Shown: piece by piece, positions 63,428-64,000 of the stretch
Numbering within the stretch: position 1 is the first letter of the stretch
Layout of the letters: each line of letters opens with the position of its first letter
IMG/VR virus record: IMGVR_UViG_3300029267_002792
Direction: 5' to 3' (one strand)
DNA from: a virus
Length of the DNA stretch: 64,000 nt
The notes under the pieces: model-generated
What the model saw: only the letters and a program-made list of their open reading frames with translations
Told to the model about the DNA's origin: nothing
Databases searched by the model: none
Translations under genes and position numbers: made by a program

Positions 63428-64000
63428 TCAACGCCTCATGCCCGACAAGTTCTTCAGATCGGACAGAGACACTCCGAGCCCATTATAGTTGTCGGCCCTG
63501 CCTCGATGAGACCTGACCTCCTTTGTGTCTTCCTGTAGATGCTCGTACCCGCCTTGAAGCTTCGCGCGGACACGGGCTCGAACATTCTCCAGATCGTCAA
63601 CATCTCGAGTCGGCTCGCGGAACTCCTCAATCACCGCATCCACGTGTTCCCGAGACTGAAACCCGGATCGTTCCAGCATGCGAAGGATCTTCGCACCCCA
63701 CGGATGAGTTTGCAACCTTTCACTCGCGTAGACCCTTACAGCGAGATCGCGGTTGGCCACGAGCGCCTTCTCCAACCCCTCCGCCAACTCCTGGTTTCGG
63801 GCTCGGAGAGCATCCGCCTCTTCTGTCTGAGCGCGAAGAACCCGCTCCTCTTCGAGGCGAACCGTACGCAGCTCCTGCATGGCCTCTTCAACGCTTTCAC
63901 GAAGATCGTCCGGAGTTTCGTATTGGGCAACGTCCCCAACGATACCTCGAATGCGTCTAGCATCCGAGTTGTCCTCGTGAAGCAAACACTCCAAGTGATA
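63428..64000 (-). CDS. Prohead core/scaffolding protein (gp22-like), 5' partial
   Basis: Glu-rich coiled coil directly upstream of the major capsid gene, ending LSDLKNLSGM. The frame is open to 64000. Confidence 0.7.
   Translation of the reverse strand, partial: YHLECLLHEDNSDARRIRGIVGDVAQYETPDDLRESVEEAMQELRTVRLEEERVLRAQTEEADALRARNQELAEGLEKALVANRDLAVRVYASERLQTHPWGAKILRMLERSGFQSREHVDAVIEEFREPTRDVDDLENVRARVRAKLQGGYEHLQEDTKEVRSHRGRADNYNGLGVSLSDLKNLSGMRR

Overview
A 64-kb slice of a large, GC-rich, T4-like contractile-tailed (myovirus) phage genome. Every gene I can support lies on the minus strand. Reading in the direction of transcription (64000 to 1): prohead core/scaffold (5' partial), gp23-like major capsid, gp13/gp14/gp15-like neck and tail-completion proteins, gp18 sheath, two gp19-fold tube proteins, an HNH-like/tandem ribbon-helix-helix (RHH) regulator, a tail assembly chaperone with a -1 frameshift site, tape measure, baseplate genes (LysM/gp53, hub, gp5 spike, gp25, gp6, gp7-like), and several fibre/spike proteins. 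Embedded among these is an envelope-related cassette (permuted papain-like amidase, LpxH-like metallophosphoesterase, membrane HExxH protein). A block of about 13 kb of unusual proteins follows. Many carry L-x-E motifs resembling T4 gp21 cleavage sites and look like head cargo; the block also has a zincin peptidase, NUDIX, a J-domain protein, a GroES-like protein and spanin-like proteins. The window ends with an orphan DNA methyltransferase and a tubulin/FtsZ-family GTPase that the ORF track missed because it runs off the window edge. The best novelty candidates are: (1) a covarying four-hairpin RNA leader upstream of capsid, sheath and tube genes; (2) a 15-bp palindromic operator GCGTCCAWTGGACGC in four copies, one overlapping the RHH gene's own start codon; (3) a possible system of protease-processed, modular head-cargo proteins. 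All family calls come from motif recognition by eye; no database searches were run. The host is unknown.
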